38,822 bases of DNA, from the IMG/VR virus record IMGVR_UViG_3300030090_004705, positions 1 through 38,822 of that record; one strand, 5' to 3'. Positions within the stretch are counted from its first letter, which is position 1, and each line of letters starts with the position of its first letter. The DNA is from a virus. Taxonomy: Duplodnaviria > Caudoviricetes. Made by a program: the position numbers and the translations under genes. Positions 1 through 8,478 of the stretch are shown piece by piece. The notes beneath the pieces were generated by a model that saw nothing but the letters and a program-made list of their open reading frames with translations, was not told the origin of the DNA and ran no database searches.

Positions 1-79
1 TCGACACGTCAGAGCTGGTCGATGGTGCTGTCACTAACGCCAAGGTCAGCAGCAGCGCAGCTATTGCTGGCACCAAGAT
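1..79. repeat. Contig-end direct overlap (identical to 38742-38820), indicating a circular or circularly permuted assembly
   Basis: tcgacacgtcagagc...gcaccaagat occurs at both ends, and the reading frame is continuous across the join (VDTSELVDGAVTNAKVSSSAAIAGTKI). Confidence 0.95.
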
Positions 80-1760
80 CAGCCCAAACTTTAACTCTGA
101 TTTGCAGGTATCAAGGCCCGCTGGCTCTGCAACTATTGAAATAAACAATACTGGCACTGCGTCAACAGGTACTTACGGAGCTGTTTCTTTTACGGCAAAT
201 GATAATCATTCCGTAGCATCAATGTACGCCGTAGCGGATGGCGACAATGAAGGAGCGCATTTAGTATTTGGTACTACAAGCGCAGCAAATAATAATAATT
301 GGTTTACCAGTACATCTGAGCGGCTACGCATCGACTCAAGTGGCAATACATTGGTCGGCAAAACAGCTTCAAGCGGCCTAAATGCAGGATGTGAATTTAG
401 GCCCGCTGGCATGGGGTTGTTTACTAGAGCCTCTGCTAATCCTTTGCAAGTTCGTCGCCTTACGGACGATGGAAACTTAGTTGAATTTTATAAAGACTCA
501 ACTTTAAGAGGTTCTCTAGGCGTTTCTGGTGCCTCGCTTACTGTTGGCGTTGCAGGCAGCGAAAAGCTGCGTATTGACAGCACTGGGCTTGGCATAGGAA
601 CTACCTCTCCAACAAAGCCGCTAACTATCAACTCAAGCACAGATCAAATACGCTTGTCTGATGGCTCTGGTGGTTTTGAATTAAGGGCTGGTAACGTCTT
701 CAAACTTTCTGATGATGGGACAGAGAGGATCAGAATCGATAGCTCAGGCAACGTCGGCATCGGCCTTGCGTCGCCCTCAAGCAAAGCTCACGTTAAAGGC
801 GGTTCTCTAACCGTTGAGCACGGATCACCATCAACAGGAACATGTCAGTTTAATATCAACTGTGAAAACAATTCCCAAGTCAGTCTCTCTTATGACGATC
901 AGGGTCATATTGCTTTTGGCACGGCCTCTACACCGCATAACCAAGGTAGTTTTAGCGAAAAAATGCGCCTTGACTCACAAGGTAGCTTGGGAATTGGGGT
1001 CACAAATGCTGCTGATTATCACGCCAATGCTAATGACTTAGTCCTTGCCAACGGCATGACTATTGCCGATAGCACTCAGGGCTCTATCTATTTTGCAGAT
1101 AGTTCTACAGGAACTGGTGAGTATGTTGGTCAATTAAATTATATACACAATCTTGATCGTTTTCAATTTGTTGTTGGAAACACTGCACGGGCTTTGTTGA
1201 TGAATGATGGTGGCTGGGCAACTTTTTCGAGTGCCGTTAACATAGACATTGCAAACTCACAAAGTGCTGGCATCAATGAAGCGTTTATTTACGCCCGTCA
1301 CAGCTCCACCCAGCTTACCGGTGGAACTAACTCTTTTAGGGTTTACACCAACGGCAATGTCCAAAACACTAATAACTCCTATGGATCTACTTCAGATCAA
1401 AACTTGAAAGAGAACATTGTCGATGCCACTTCGCAGTGGGACGACATTAAGGCTTTGCAGGTTCGTAAGTACAACTTTAGAGAAGCCACCGGACACCAAA
1501 CACACACTCAGCTTGGCTTGATCGCGCAGGAGGTCGAAACTGTTTCTCCTGGGTTAGTCGTAACAACTGACGTTAAAGAAGGTGAAACGGTTCTAGACGC
1601 AGATGGAAACCAACTGGAATCCATCAAATCAATCAATTATTCTGTGCTCTACATGAAGGCTGTCAAAGCCCTTCAAGAGGCGCAGACTAGAATTGAAGCA
1701 CTAGAAACACAAAACGCCTCTCTTGAGGCTCGACTTACTGCACTCGAAGGAGCTTCTTGA
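3..1760 (+). CDS. Tail fibre, C-terminal part (continues the ORF starting at 36746), with a C-terminal peptidase S74-type intramolecular chaperone
   Basis: Frame is open from base 3 and matches ORF 102..1760. Contains repeated E(R/K)(L/I/M)R(I/L)DSxG units and the S74-like C-terminus SDQNLKENI...LGLIAQEVETVSPGLV...INYSVL..KALQE plus a coiled coil. Confidence 0.85.
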   Translation, partial: DTSELVDGAVTNAKVSSSAAIAGTKISPNFNSDLQVSRPAGSATIEINNTGTASTGTYGAVSFTANDNHSVASMYAVADGDNEGAHLVFGTTSAANNNNWFTSTSERLRIDSSGNTLVGKTASSGLNAGCEFRPAGMGLFTRASANPLQVRRLTDDGNLVEFYKDSTLRGSLGVSGASLTVGVAGSEKLRIDSTGLGIGTTSPTKPLTINSSTDQIRLSDGSGGFELRAGNVFKLSDDGTERIRIDSSGNVGIGLASPSSKAHVKGGSLTVEHGSPSTGTCQFNINCENNSQVSLSYDDQGHIAFGTASTPHNQGSFSEKMRLDSQGSLGIGVTNAADYHANANDLVLANGMTIADSTQGSIYFADSSTGTGEYVGQLNYIHNLDRFQFVVGNTARALLMNDGGWATFSSAVNIDIANSQSAGINEAFIYARHSSTQLTGGTNSFRVYTNGNVQNTNNSYGSTSDQNLKENIVDATSQWDDIKALQVRKYNFREATGHQTHTQLGLIAQEVETVSPGLVVTTDVKEGETVLDADGNQLESIKSINYSVLYMKAVKALQEAQTRIEALETQNASLEARLTALEGAS

Positions 1761-1762
1761 CC

Positions 1763-3502
1763 ATGACACTCACTCAAGTCACCACTGGCGGCGTCGATGA
1801 AAACATCAACATCGACAGTAATACTCTGAAGGTTGACGGCACTAATAACCGGGTTGGCATCGGGACGGCGTCTCCGGGAAAAGACCTTGAGGTTTATAAC
1901 ACTACTGGTCCCACAATTAGCCTAAACGACGGAGGCCAGTACAAATCATATTTTACTTTATTAGGCAACGATTTAGAAGTTAGAGGGTCTTCTGGAAACA
2001 TTGAGTTCTATACAGGATCTGCTGATGGTGGATCGTCAACCCAGCGCCTACGAATCGACAGCAATGGCCGTGTTGCCATCGGCACAGATAGCCCACCTGT
2101 TGACCCACAATTAACAGTTAGAGCAGCTAATGCTCAAATTTCTGCGTATTCTTCTGCTGGTGGCACCAGTAGCTTAAGCCTTGGTGATGTAAGTAATCAT
2201 GATGACGGTTACATTTCCTATGTAAATGGAAGCGGCTTCCAACAAATGCGGTTTCATACCGCCGCTACCGAGCAGATGCGCCTCGATAGCTCTGGACGGC
2301 TATTGATTGGACTAATTAGCAGCACAGGATCTCACAAATTAGAGGTTAATGGTGGTACTGATAATGAACCAATAAAGGTTGAAAGTTCTGACGCAGGTGC
2401 ATACGTCAGATTTGAAGACAATGACACAACAGGTTCAACACGCCTTGGTGCGGTTGATAACGATTTCAAAATTGATGTAAATAGTTCCGAGCGGATGCGT
2501 ATCGATGCCTCGGGGCGGGTTGGCATAAAAAATGCAAGCCCTAGCTCGCAATATTTTAATGATCTAGTTATTGGCGACGGCTCTAGCGATCACGGAATTA
2601 CGTTGCACGCAGGGAGCAACAACTCTTCTGCTATTGCGTTTTCTGATGCTACATCTGGAACTGGTAGATACGCAGGTTACATCCAGTATGACCACAGTAG
2701 CAATTCGATGAGGTTTTACACCAACGGTGGTAATGAGCGGACGCGGATTACGAGCACTGGTTTTACTCAATTTGGCGGTTACTTAAATGAAACAGCCAAC
2801 CACAGAATTAATGGAATTGACGATACTCAGGGCAATATAATTCTTGTTGTAAGTGGTTATCAATCTAGCGGGGGGTCAAGCCAAGACACCGCAATGTTCT
2901 ACTCAGTAAATTCCGGTGGATCTGTTAGCTCGAATGGGGCAGGGCTAAGAATGTATAAAAATACAGATACGAACCGTTCAATTAACACTGCAGGAACAAT
3001 CAACGCTTCTGGCGCTGACTACGCTGAATACATGACAAAGGCTGGCAACTTTACGCTAGCCAAGGGCGACATCTGCGGTATTAACTCAGAAGGCAAGCTT
3101 ACAAACGTGTTTGCTGATGCTATTAGTTTCGTTGTTAAATCGACAGACCCATCCTATGTGGGTGGCGATAAGTGGCATGAAACTGTTGGAGAAGAGCCCG
3201 GAGGCTATGAAGATACTAGGACAGAAGAAGAAATTGCAGCTGCAAAGGTTGTCTATGAAGAGGCTTTAGAAGCTGCGCGTCAGCTTGTCGATCGCATTGC
3301 GTTTTCAGGTCAGGTTCCTGTCAATGTGACGGGCGCAACTCCTGGGCAACACATCATCCCTACTGCTGCCGCTGACGGTTCTATCGAAGGCACTGCAAAA
3401 GCTGAAGCAGATTTGACAATGGCTGAATACATGTCTTCGGTCGGCAAGGTTATCGCCATTGAGAACGATGGCCGCGCCAAAATCATTGTAAAAGTTGCCT
3501 AA
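1763..3502 (+). CDS. Second tail fibre / receptor-binding protein with a putative peptidase G2-like autocleaving chaperone domain
   Basis: ATG at 1763, just after the upstream stop. Contains NNRVGIGT and ERMRIDASGRVGI-type fibre repeats, and C-terminal ADYAEYM...GQVPV motifs resembling the phi29 gp12-type chaperone. Confidence 0.75.
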   Translation: MTLTQVTTGGVDENINIDSNTLKVDGTNNRVGIGTASPGKDLEVYNTTGPTISLNDGGQYKSYFTLLGNDLEVRGSSGNIEFYTGSADGGSSTQRLRIDSNGRVAIGTDSPPVDPQLTVRAANAQISAYSSAGGTSSLSLGDVSNHDDGYISYVNGSGFQQMRFHTAATEQMRLDSSGRLLIGLISSTGSHKLEVNGGTDNEPIKVESSDAGAYVRFEDNDTTGSTRLGAVDNDFKIDVNSSERMRIDASGRVGIKNASPSSQYFNDLVIGDGSSDHGITLHAGSNNSSAIAFSDATSGTGRYAGYIQYDHSSNSMRFYTNGGNERTRITSTGFTQFGGYLNETANHRINGIDDTQGNIILVVSGYQSSGGSSQDTAMFYSVNSGGSVSSNGAGLRMYKNTDTNRSINTAGTINASGADYAEYMTKAGNFTLAKGDICGINSEGKLTNVFADAISFVVKSTDPSYVGGDKWHETVGEEPGGYEDTRTEEEIAAAKVVYEEALEAARQLVDRIAFSGQVPVNVTGATPGQHIIPTAAADGSIEGTAKAEADLTMAEYMSSVGKVIAIENDGRAKIIVKVA

Positions 3503-3547
3503 TCTCCCGTAGGTCCACTAACGTCTGCGTGTTTTCTTCCGATAAAC

Positions 3548-3910
3548 ATGAAGCGCTTTCTGATTGCTGCTTCTGTCGTCGCTGGGGCGCTTGCATTGGG
3601 CGTCCCGTCTGCGAACGCAGAGGGCAAGATGTATGCGAACCCCGAGTTCGTGACCGGCTTTTCCGGCAGCAGCTCCAGCGGCAGCAGCCTTGACCTCCAC
3701 GTCGGCTACAAGGACGGCCCCTTCTTTATCCAGGCTGGCCCTGCCATGAGCAACGACACCACCAGCACTGACTGGGGCTGGTCAGGCAAGGCTGGCGTCA
3801 GCGGCCAGGTCGACGACCAAGCCAACGTTTACGCCGAGGTGGGCTTCAGCAAGTTCGACGGTTCTGACACCGGCAGCTACGTCAAGACTGGCGCAGTCAT
3901 CGACTTCTGA
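3548..3910 (+). CDS. Small outer-membrane beta-barrel-like protein
   Basis: Signal peptide (MKRFLIAASVVAGALALGVPSANA), alternating amphipathic strands (LDLHVGY, WGWSGKAGVS, NVYAEVGF, YVKTGAVIDF) and a terminal Phe. Confidence 0.7.
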   Translation: MKRFLIAASVVAGALALGVPSANAEGKMYANPEFVTGFSGSSSSGSSLDLHVGYKDGPFFIQAGPAMSNDTTSTDWGWSGKAGVSGQVDDQANVYAEVGFSKFDGSDTGSYVKTGAVIDF

Positions 3911-3913
3911 TAG

Positions 3914-4462
3914 GTGGACCCACTGCAGCTGCCATCCATACAGCTGCCTGGGTCTATCGAACTTCCAAGACCATCGATCGAGGAGCCGGTCTTTCCGGCT
4001 CCCTCGCATCCGGTCTTGATACCGCCAAGCGTCCCACCAAAGAAGCCACCAAAACCAAAGCCGCCACCGAAAGGCGTTGACCAAAGCGCGCGCGATGCTG
4101 CAAAGAAATTGCAGGAGCAGATCCGCCAGCTTAACGACAACATCCAGGCACAACAGGAAACAATCGACCTGCTGGTCAATCCGCCTGAGATTGAGAAGGT
4201 TGAGGTTCAGCAGCCGACGGTGACTGTGCCGGGGACGTCTTTGGAGTTTGCGTTGCCGACTCCTGAGGTGGTGACTGTGGCTGCAACGACGGCGGCAGTG
4301 GCGGCAGCGGCTTCTGTGGGGGCGACTCTTGCTGCGCAGAATCTCGTGAAGGTACTGAAGCCTGCGTTTCAGACGGCGCTGAAGAAGCTGGCAAAACTAC
4401 GGGGGAAAGACCCTGAGACTTTCGGTAGACGTCGATTGAGACTACGTCGGAACAAAGAGTAG
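3914..4462 (+). CDS. Hypothetical protein: Pro-rich N-terminus, coiled coil, Ala/Val-rich hydrophobic segment, basic tail
   Basis: GTG start 3 nt after the upstream stop. The composition pattern resembles a small cyanophage family (recollection, not searched). Confidence 0.6.
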   Translation: MDPLQLPSIQLPGSIELPRPSIEEPVFPAPSHPVLIPPSVPPKKPPKPKPPPKGVDQSARDAAKKLQEQIRQLNDNIQAQQETIDLLVNPPEIEKVEVQQPTVTVPGTSLEFALPTPEVVTVAATTAAVAAAASVGATLAAQNLVKVLKPAFQTALKKLAKLRGKDPETFGRRRLRLRRNKE

Positions 4463-4892
4463 AGCCAAGCCTTGAGTCGGGATGCAGCATGAAGCCGGTC
4501 TTGTAAAGCTCAGCGCACTTCAAAGCCCGGACAAGGTGGTAGTCGAGTTTGTCCTTTTCTATTTCTTGTTGCTGTGCTGCCAGCTTTCGCCGCACCATGG
4601 CCTTGCACATTTCGGTGATCGACCCATCCAGCGGGACGTTGATGCTTAGTTGCATGCCGAAGTTCTGCGCACGGGTGTAGTCCTCTGACGGGATGGGGTC
4701 AGCGTGCGCTTCTAAATGGAATGGAGTCAGCACCAGAGTGGGCCCATTGCAGCTGACGTTGCCGCCAAAGTGCTGCCGGCTGGGCGCACCATTGTTGTTG
4801 AACTGGACCGACTGGTTGGTGTTGTTGCTGGTGGCCTGGGCCCTGGGCGCTGAGTTGTTAGTTGTCTCAGCTGCGGCAGGTGCCGCCAGCAT
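4176..4892 (-). CDS. Putative exported, Cys-containing cyanophage protein (start uncertain)
   Basis: ATG at 4892 overlaps the upstream TGA. Motifs NQSVQFNNNGAPSRQ, SCNGPTL, NFGMQLSINVPLD, LVRALKCAEL and LCSDVV. Confidence 0.65.
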   Translation of the reverse strand: MLAAPAAAETTNNSAPRAQATSNNTNQSVQFNNNGAPSRQHFGGNVSCNGPTLVLTPFHLEAHADPIPSEDYTRAQNFGMQLSINVPLDGSITEMCKAMVRRKLAAQQQEIEKDKLDYHLVRALKCAELYKTGFMLHPDSRLGSTLCSDVVSIDVYRKSQGLSPVVLPASSAPSETQASVPSRDSAQQESPPQKPLPPLPPSLQPQSPPQESATQTPKTSPAQSPSAAEPQPSQSQAD

Positions 4893-5254
4893 CACTGCGA
4901 GAACACACTGAGCGACGTAGTGGTTGAGTCGGTTTCGATCGTGCGGTCGATGTCGATCTGCTCGATCAATGTGTCGGCGTCCCGAGTTGTGTACTCGAAG
5001 GTGAACGCATCGCCATCGGTCGTCAGATCCCATGTTGTGCTGGCGCCCGTAATGTCGGCTGCGCTGGGCGTCACGTTCTCGCCGGACCACGATTGCATTT
5101 CTGAGCCGTAGATTTTCTGGACAATCGTCTCCTCGATTGTCTGCGTCGTGGTGGTCGTGCTCTGCATGCTGCCAGTCGACCACGTCGGTGTGACTGTGTT
5201 GGCTAGCGCTGGAGCGGGCGCTAGGGCTGCGATCAGTAGCCATTGGATCTTCAT
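4892..5254 (-). CDS. Putative secreted Thr/Ser-rich protein
   Basis: Signal peptide MKIQWLLIAALAPAPALA followed by TVTPTWSTGSMQSTTTTTQTI. Coupled to both neighbours by overlapping start/stop codons. Confidence 0.7.
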   Translation of the reverse strand: MKIQWLLIAALAPAPALANTVTPTWSTGSMQSTTTTTQTIEETIVQKIYGSEMQSWSGENVTPSAADITGASTTWDLTTDGDAFTFEYTTRDADTLIEQIDIDRTIETDSTTTSLSVFSQ

Positions 5255-5505
5255 GGCTTAGCAGGTGGCGTGGTCTTGCTTACGTCTAGCTTATTGCTGT
5301 CATCTTTTTTGCCGTTGGTCTTACCAACACTCACCCCATAGGAACTCAACACCGCTGTGAGCATTGAGGCGGCGAATGTGGGATCCATGGCTTTGACCTG
5401 GCCTAGGTAGCTGAGGCTGAGGCACGCCAAAGACCAAGCCAGAACAATGATGCGGATCAGGTCAGACAAAATTCCACCGTTGTGTTCGGTGTCGTTGTTC
5501 GCCAT
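5251..5505 (-). CDS. Small two-TM membrane protein (holin-like candidate)
   Basis: Two hydrophobic segments (LIRIIVLAWSLACLSLSYL; PTFAASMLTAVLSSYGV) and a charged C-terminus. Confidence 0.6.
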   Translation of the reverse strand: MANNDTEHNGGILSDLIRIIVLAWSLACLSLSYLGQVKAMDPTFAASMLTAVLSSYGVSVGKTNGKKDDSNKLDVSKTTPPAKP

Positions 5506-5549
5506 TGCAAAGCAGCGCTACCGTCAAAGCGTAACGAGAGCATCAACCC

Positions 5550-5717
5550 ATGCTTCTGTTAATTAGGCCGATCCTTTTTGCTTTCCTAAAAAGCAACAGC
5601 GTTAAAAAGCTGATCGTCGATCTTCTTACGGCAGCGGCCAAGACCACCGACAACAAGGTCGACGACCACATGGTGGCCATGGTCAAGCAGGCGCTGCTGG
5701 AGGCACCCAAAGCCTGA
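5550..5717 (+). CDS. Small amphipathic protein (55 aa, not in ORF track)
   Basis: Translated by hand: MLLLIRPILFAFLKSNSVKKLIVDLLTAAAKTTDNKVDDHMVAMVKQALLEAPKA. The TDNxxDD motif is familiar from small phage proteins. Confidence 0.7.
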   Translation: MLLLIRPILFAFLKSNSVKKLIVDLLTAAAKTTDNKVDDHMVAMVKQALLEAPKA

Positions 5718-6426
5718 CGCTGCGGGCTTGCTCGTCGTAGTCGCCAGCTCGCAGGATGCGGGCCAGCCTTGCCGTGCGTATGGCGTCTGCTGTTTGCAGC
5801 CCTGCCTTTAGGTATGCGCCAACCACCTTTGGCCACATCTCCTGCACCGTGACCAGGTCGCCCAGGATTTTGTTGGCACCTACTGGGCCAACGCCTTTAA
5901 CGCCCTTGTACCCATCGGTGCTGTCGCCGGTCAATGCCTGTGCCATCCATGCACGGTCAGCATCCATGGCGCTGATAGTCTCCACCTCTTGGTTGGCAAG
6001 CAGGCGGCATGGCACGGTCCGCATGTCCTTGTCGATCGACACGATGACTGGGTCAGGCACGCTGCCATCGGTGGCAAGCAGGCCCATGCAGTCATCAGCC
6101 TCAAGCATTGGCTTGACCACAGTCGAGTAGTTGTCAGTCATCCACTGGCGCATGGCAGACAGGCCTAGCGGCTTGCGCTTGCCCAGGCGGTTGGACTTGT
6201 AGTCGGGAAACTCTTCGTGCCGAAACGTGGGGTAACTGCTGAAGCAGATCATCACGTCGTCGTCGTCAGCAATGGCTCGGTAGCCATCAAGCATGGTGAC
6301 GATCGTGTTCTTCACGTCACCCTCGTCAAGGTGCAAGGTATGCACCGTCTCTGTCCATCGGATGTCCTGCTCGTTGGCAGTGCAGCCGACGTAATTGAGC
6401 CAGTCGCCGTCGCAGAGAAGAGTCAT
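5683..6426 (-). CDS. gp6: 5'-3' exonuclease (T7 gp6-like)
   Basis: Motifs DGD, YKSNR, EADD, SIDKD and GDSTDGYKGVKGVG. Confidence 0.93.
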   Translation of the reverse strand: MTLLCDGDWLNYVGCTANEQDIRWTETVHTLHLDEGDVKNTIVTMLDGYRAIADDDDVMICFSSYPTFRHEEFPDYKSNRLGKRKPLGLSAMRQWMTDNYSTVVKPMLEADDCMGLLATDGSVPDPVIVSIDKDMRTVPCRLLANQEVETISAMDADRAWMAQALTGDSTDGYKGVKGVGPVGANKILGDLVTVQEMWPKVVGAYLKAGLQTADAIRTARLARILRAGDYDEQARSVRLWVPPAAPA

Positions 6427-8048
6427 AACCCGAAGTAGCTGGACATTGGAACAGTCAGGCGCCCTGTCTTGCGGTCAAACACCAGTTCATCCAGCGGTCC
6501 TGTCTCGCCGGAAAACCTGTTCTTGAGCATGCGCAGCTGCAACTTGTTGCGCTCTTCATCGCTGCCCTGCTGGTTGCGTTCTGCGCCTATGCAAAGGTCC
6601 GAGAGCTGGGCTATGGCGTGGCTTCCCCTAAGTTGCGACAGGCTGGTCTGCCCGCCCTCCTCGTGGCCGCGGCCTTCGGGCCGCTTGAGGTGGGACACCA
6701 GCACTAGGCCAACGCCTGTCTGCTCCACCACCTGCCGCAGCTTGGTGCATGTCACGTCTAGGGCACGTCGTTCATCCAGATCGGCAATGCCGCTGACGAC
6801 AATGGTGAGGTGGTCGACAACAACAACGTCGACGCCCTCTGACGTCGCCAGGTATTTGATCTGCTCGACCAGGCGGTCGGGGTCCATGCTCCCGAAGTGG
6901 TCGTAGAGGAACAGGTTGCCGGTGCTCATCAGCTCGTCAAAGGCAGTGCGCACCTTTGGATCGCCGACCAGCTCCGGGTCCAGGTGGATGGGCATGTTGA
7001 TGTCGACGCCCACGATGCCCTGCAGTGAGCGCTGCATGCTTTCCTCCAGCATGAACACGCCAACCTTCAGCCCTGCCCGCAAAAAGTGGACGATCCACTC
7101 ACGGCAGATGGAGCTCTTGCCTGCACCACTGCCTGCCGCCAGCGTCACCATCTCGCCTTTGCGAAAGCCATGAGCAGCAGCGTTGAGCTTGGGCCATGGG
7201 TACTGGCAGATAGCTGATGCGCCTGGCTTGACCAGCACATCCCACAGCTCTGATGCGTTCTTAATGCTGTCAGGCCTGACGGGTGTGGCCTTCCACAGCA
7301 GATCCTTCAGGTGTTCCCCCTCACCTGCAACCAACATTTCGTTGGCATCTTTGCGTGGCAGCCTGCAGATCGCTGCCTTTCCTGGCGGCAAAACTTGCAT
7401 TGCATCCTCGGCTGCATTGATACCCGGCTCATCCGAATCAAAGCACAAAACAATGCGGTTGAATTGACTCAACCACTGCAAGTTTGCGGCCAAGTATTTA
7501 CGAGCAGACGATGCACCGTTGGGCAGTGACACCACAGGGAACTTATTGCCCTGCACTTGTGACACTGACATGCAGTCAATCTCGCCTTCGGTGACAACAC
7601 AAAACATGTTTGTCCCATTGCCATGGTTCTGTCGCCACAGGTGTTGACCGAACAGCTGCAGCCCAGACGTCTGTCCTATCCAGCGAAAGCGCTTGTCTTT
7701 GTACCGCAGGTGCTGTGCTGTCCTCTTGCCCAGCTGATCCCGGTAGGTTGCGACCTGCACCAGCTCACCGTGGTGGCTGGTCACGCCGTAATCAAACTTG
7801 GTGGTGGTGTCTAACGTCAGGCCCCTTGCTTCAAGGGCCAATGGCTTTACGAATTCAAGCAGCTCCACTTTTGGCGGGGGTGAGGGTTTGTATTTAGGCA
7901 GCCGCTCAGGTGACGGGCTCTTTTCAATGACGGCGTCGCAGCTGTAGCAGTACAGATGTCCGTCATCAAAGCGGGCTGCGTTGTCCTTGCTGCCGCACTG
8001 TGGGCACGGCTCATGTTTGACAAACTTTGACTTGCGTCGTTCCTTCAT
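6423..8048 (-). CDS. gp4: DNA primase/helicase (T7 gp4-like)
   Basis: Zn finger CPQC..CYSC, TOPRIM motifs TEGEID and FDSD, Walker A GSGAGKS, VVVDHL, SHLKR, LRGSHAIAQLSD and KNRFSG. Likely start is the ATG at 8048 (MKERRKSKF). Confidence 0.96.
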   Translation of the reverse strand: MKERRKSKFVKHEPCPQCGSKDNAARFDDGHLYCYSCDAVIEKSPSPERLPKYKPSPPPKVELLEFVKPLALEARGLTLDTTTKFDYGVTSHHGELVQVATYRDQLGKRTAQHLRYKDKRFRWIGQTSGLQLFGQHLWRQNHGNGTNMFCVVTEGEIDCMSVSQVQGNKFPVVSLPNGASSARKYLAANLQWLSQFNRIVLCFDSDEPGINAAEDAMQVLPPGKAAICRLPRKDANEMLVAGEGEHLKDLLWKATPVRPDSIKNASELWDVLVKPGASAICQYPWPKLNAAAHGFRKGEMVTLAAGSGAGKSSICREWIVHFLRAGLKVGVFMLEESMQRSLQGIVGVDINMPIHLDPELVGDPKVRTAFDELMSTGNLFLYDHFGSMDPDRLVEQIKYLATSEGVDVVVVDHLTIVVSGIADLDERRALDVTCTKLRQVVEQTGVGLVLVSHLKRPEGRGHEEGGQTSLSQLRGSHAIAQLSDLCIGAERNQQGSDEERNKLQLRMLKNRFSGETGPLDELVFDRKTGRLTVPMSSYFGL

Positions 8049-8478
8049 CGAACCAAGCGGTGGGTATGTGGCCCTCGCACCAGACGAAGCCATGGCGATC
8101 GGCCCATTGCCCGTAAGTCAGTGACTTGGGGGCGCGGCTGAGCTTGACCTTGGCGTTCTGGAAACACAGGCGGATGTCGACATGTGGATGCGCAGCCTTT
8201 ACGGCAAGCATCTTGCGCCTGTCAGTTGCACTGAACAGCCCCTTTGTCTCCACCACACAGGTGGGCAGGATGAAGTCAGGCGTATAGACAGCCTCGATGC
8301 GGTAAGGCAGGGCCCGGGTTTCGTACTGAAACACCAGGCCACGCTTGTCCAAGCTAGAGGCAACATTCGCCTCGAACTTGCTGCGATACCTACCAGTTGC
8401 CTGCTTCTTCGGTTGCCGGCTCTTCCGTGCTTGTGATGTCGCCCGCTTTGAACCCGTTGGTTTCTGCTTGGAAGCCAA
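8011..8478 (-). CDS. gp3: Endonuclease I / Holliday junction resolvase (T7 gp3-like)
   Basis: Motifs YRSKFE, YTPDF, VETKG, DRRKM and YGQWADRHGF. Start uncertain: TTG at 8478 preceded by GAGGGG is favoured, GTG at 8508 is the alternative. Confidence 0.92.
   Translation of the reverse strand: MASKQKPTGSKRATSQARKSRQPKKQATGRYRSKFEANVASSLDKRGLVFQYETRALPYRIEAVYTPDFILPTCVVETKGLFSATDRRKMLAVKAAHPHVDIRLCFQNAKVKLSRAPKSLTYGQWADRHGFVWCEGHIPTAWFDEGTTQVKVCQT

Noticed and set aside
1-79. End repeat as the biological terminal repeat or an att site
   Set aside because: It lies in mid-frame of the tail fibre gene and has the size of an assembler k-mer overlap.
102-3502. Diversity-generating retroelement acting on the fibres
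   Set aside because: There is no reverse transcriptase gene, and I saw no near-identical template/variable repeat pair differing at adenines.
4893-5243. N-terminal ~117 aa of the 355-aa ORF 4176..5243 as a real protein segment
   Set aside because: It is His/Arg/Asp-rich off-frame text of the Thr-rich 4892..5254 gene. Only the last ~15 codons look meaningful.
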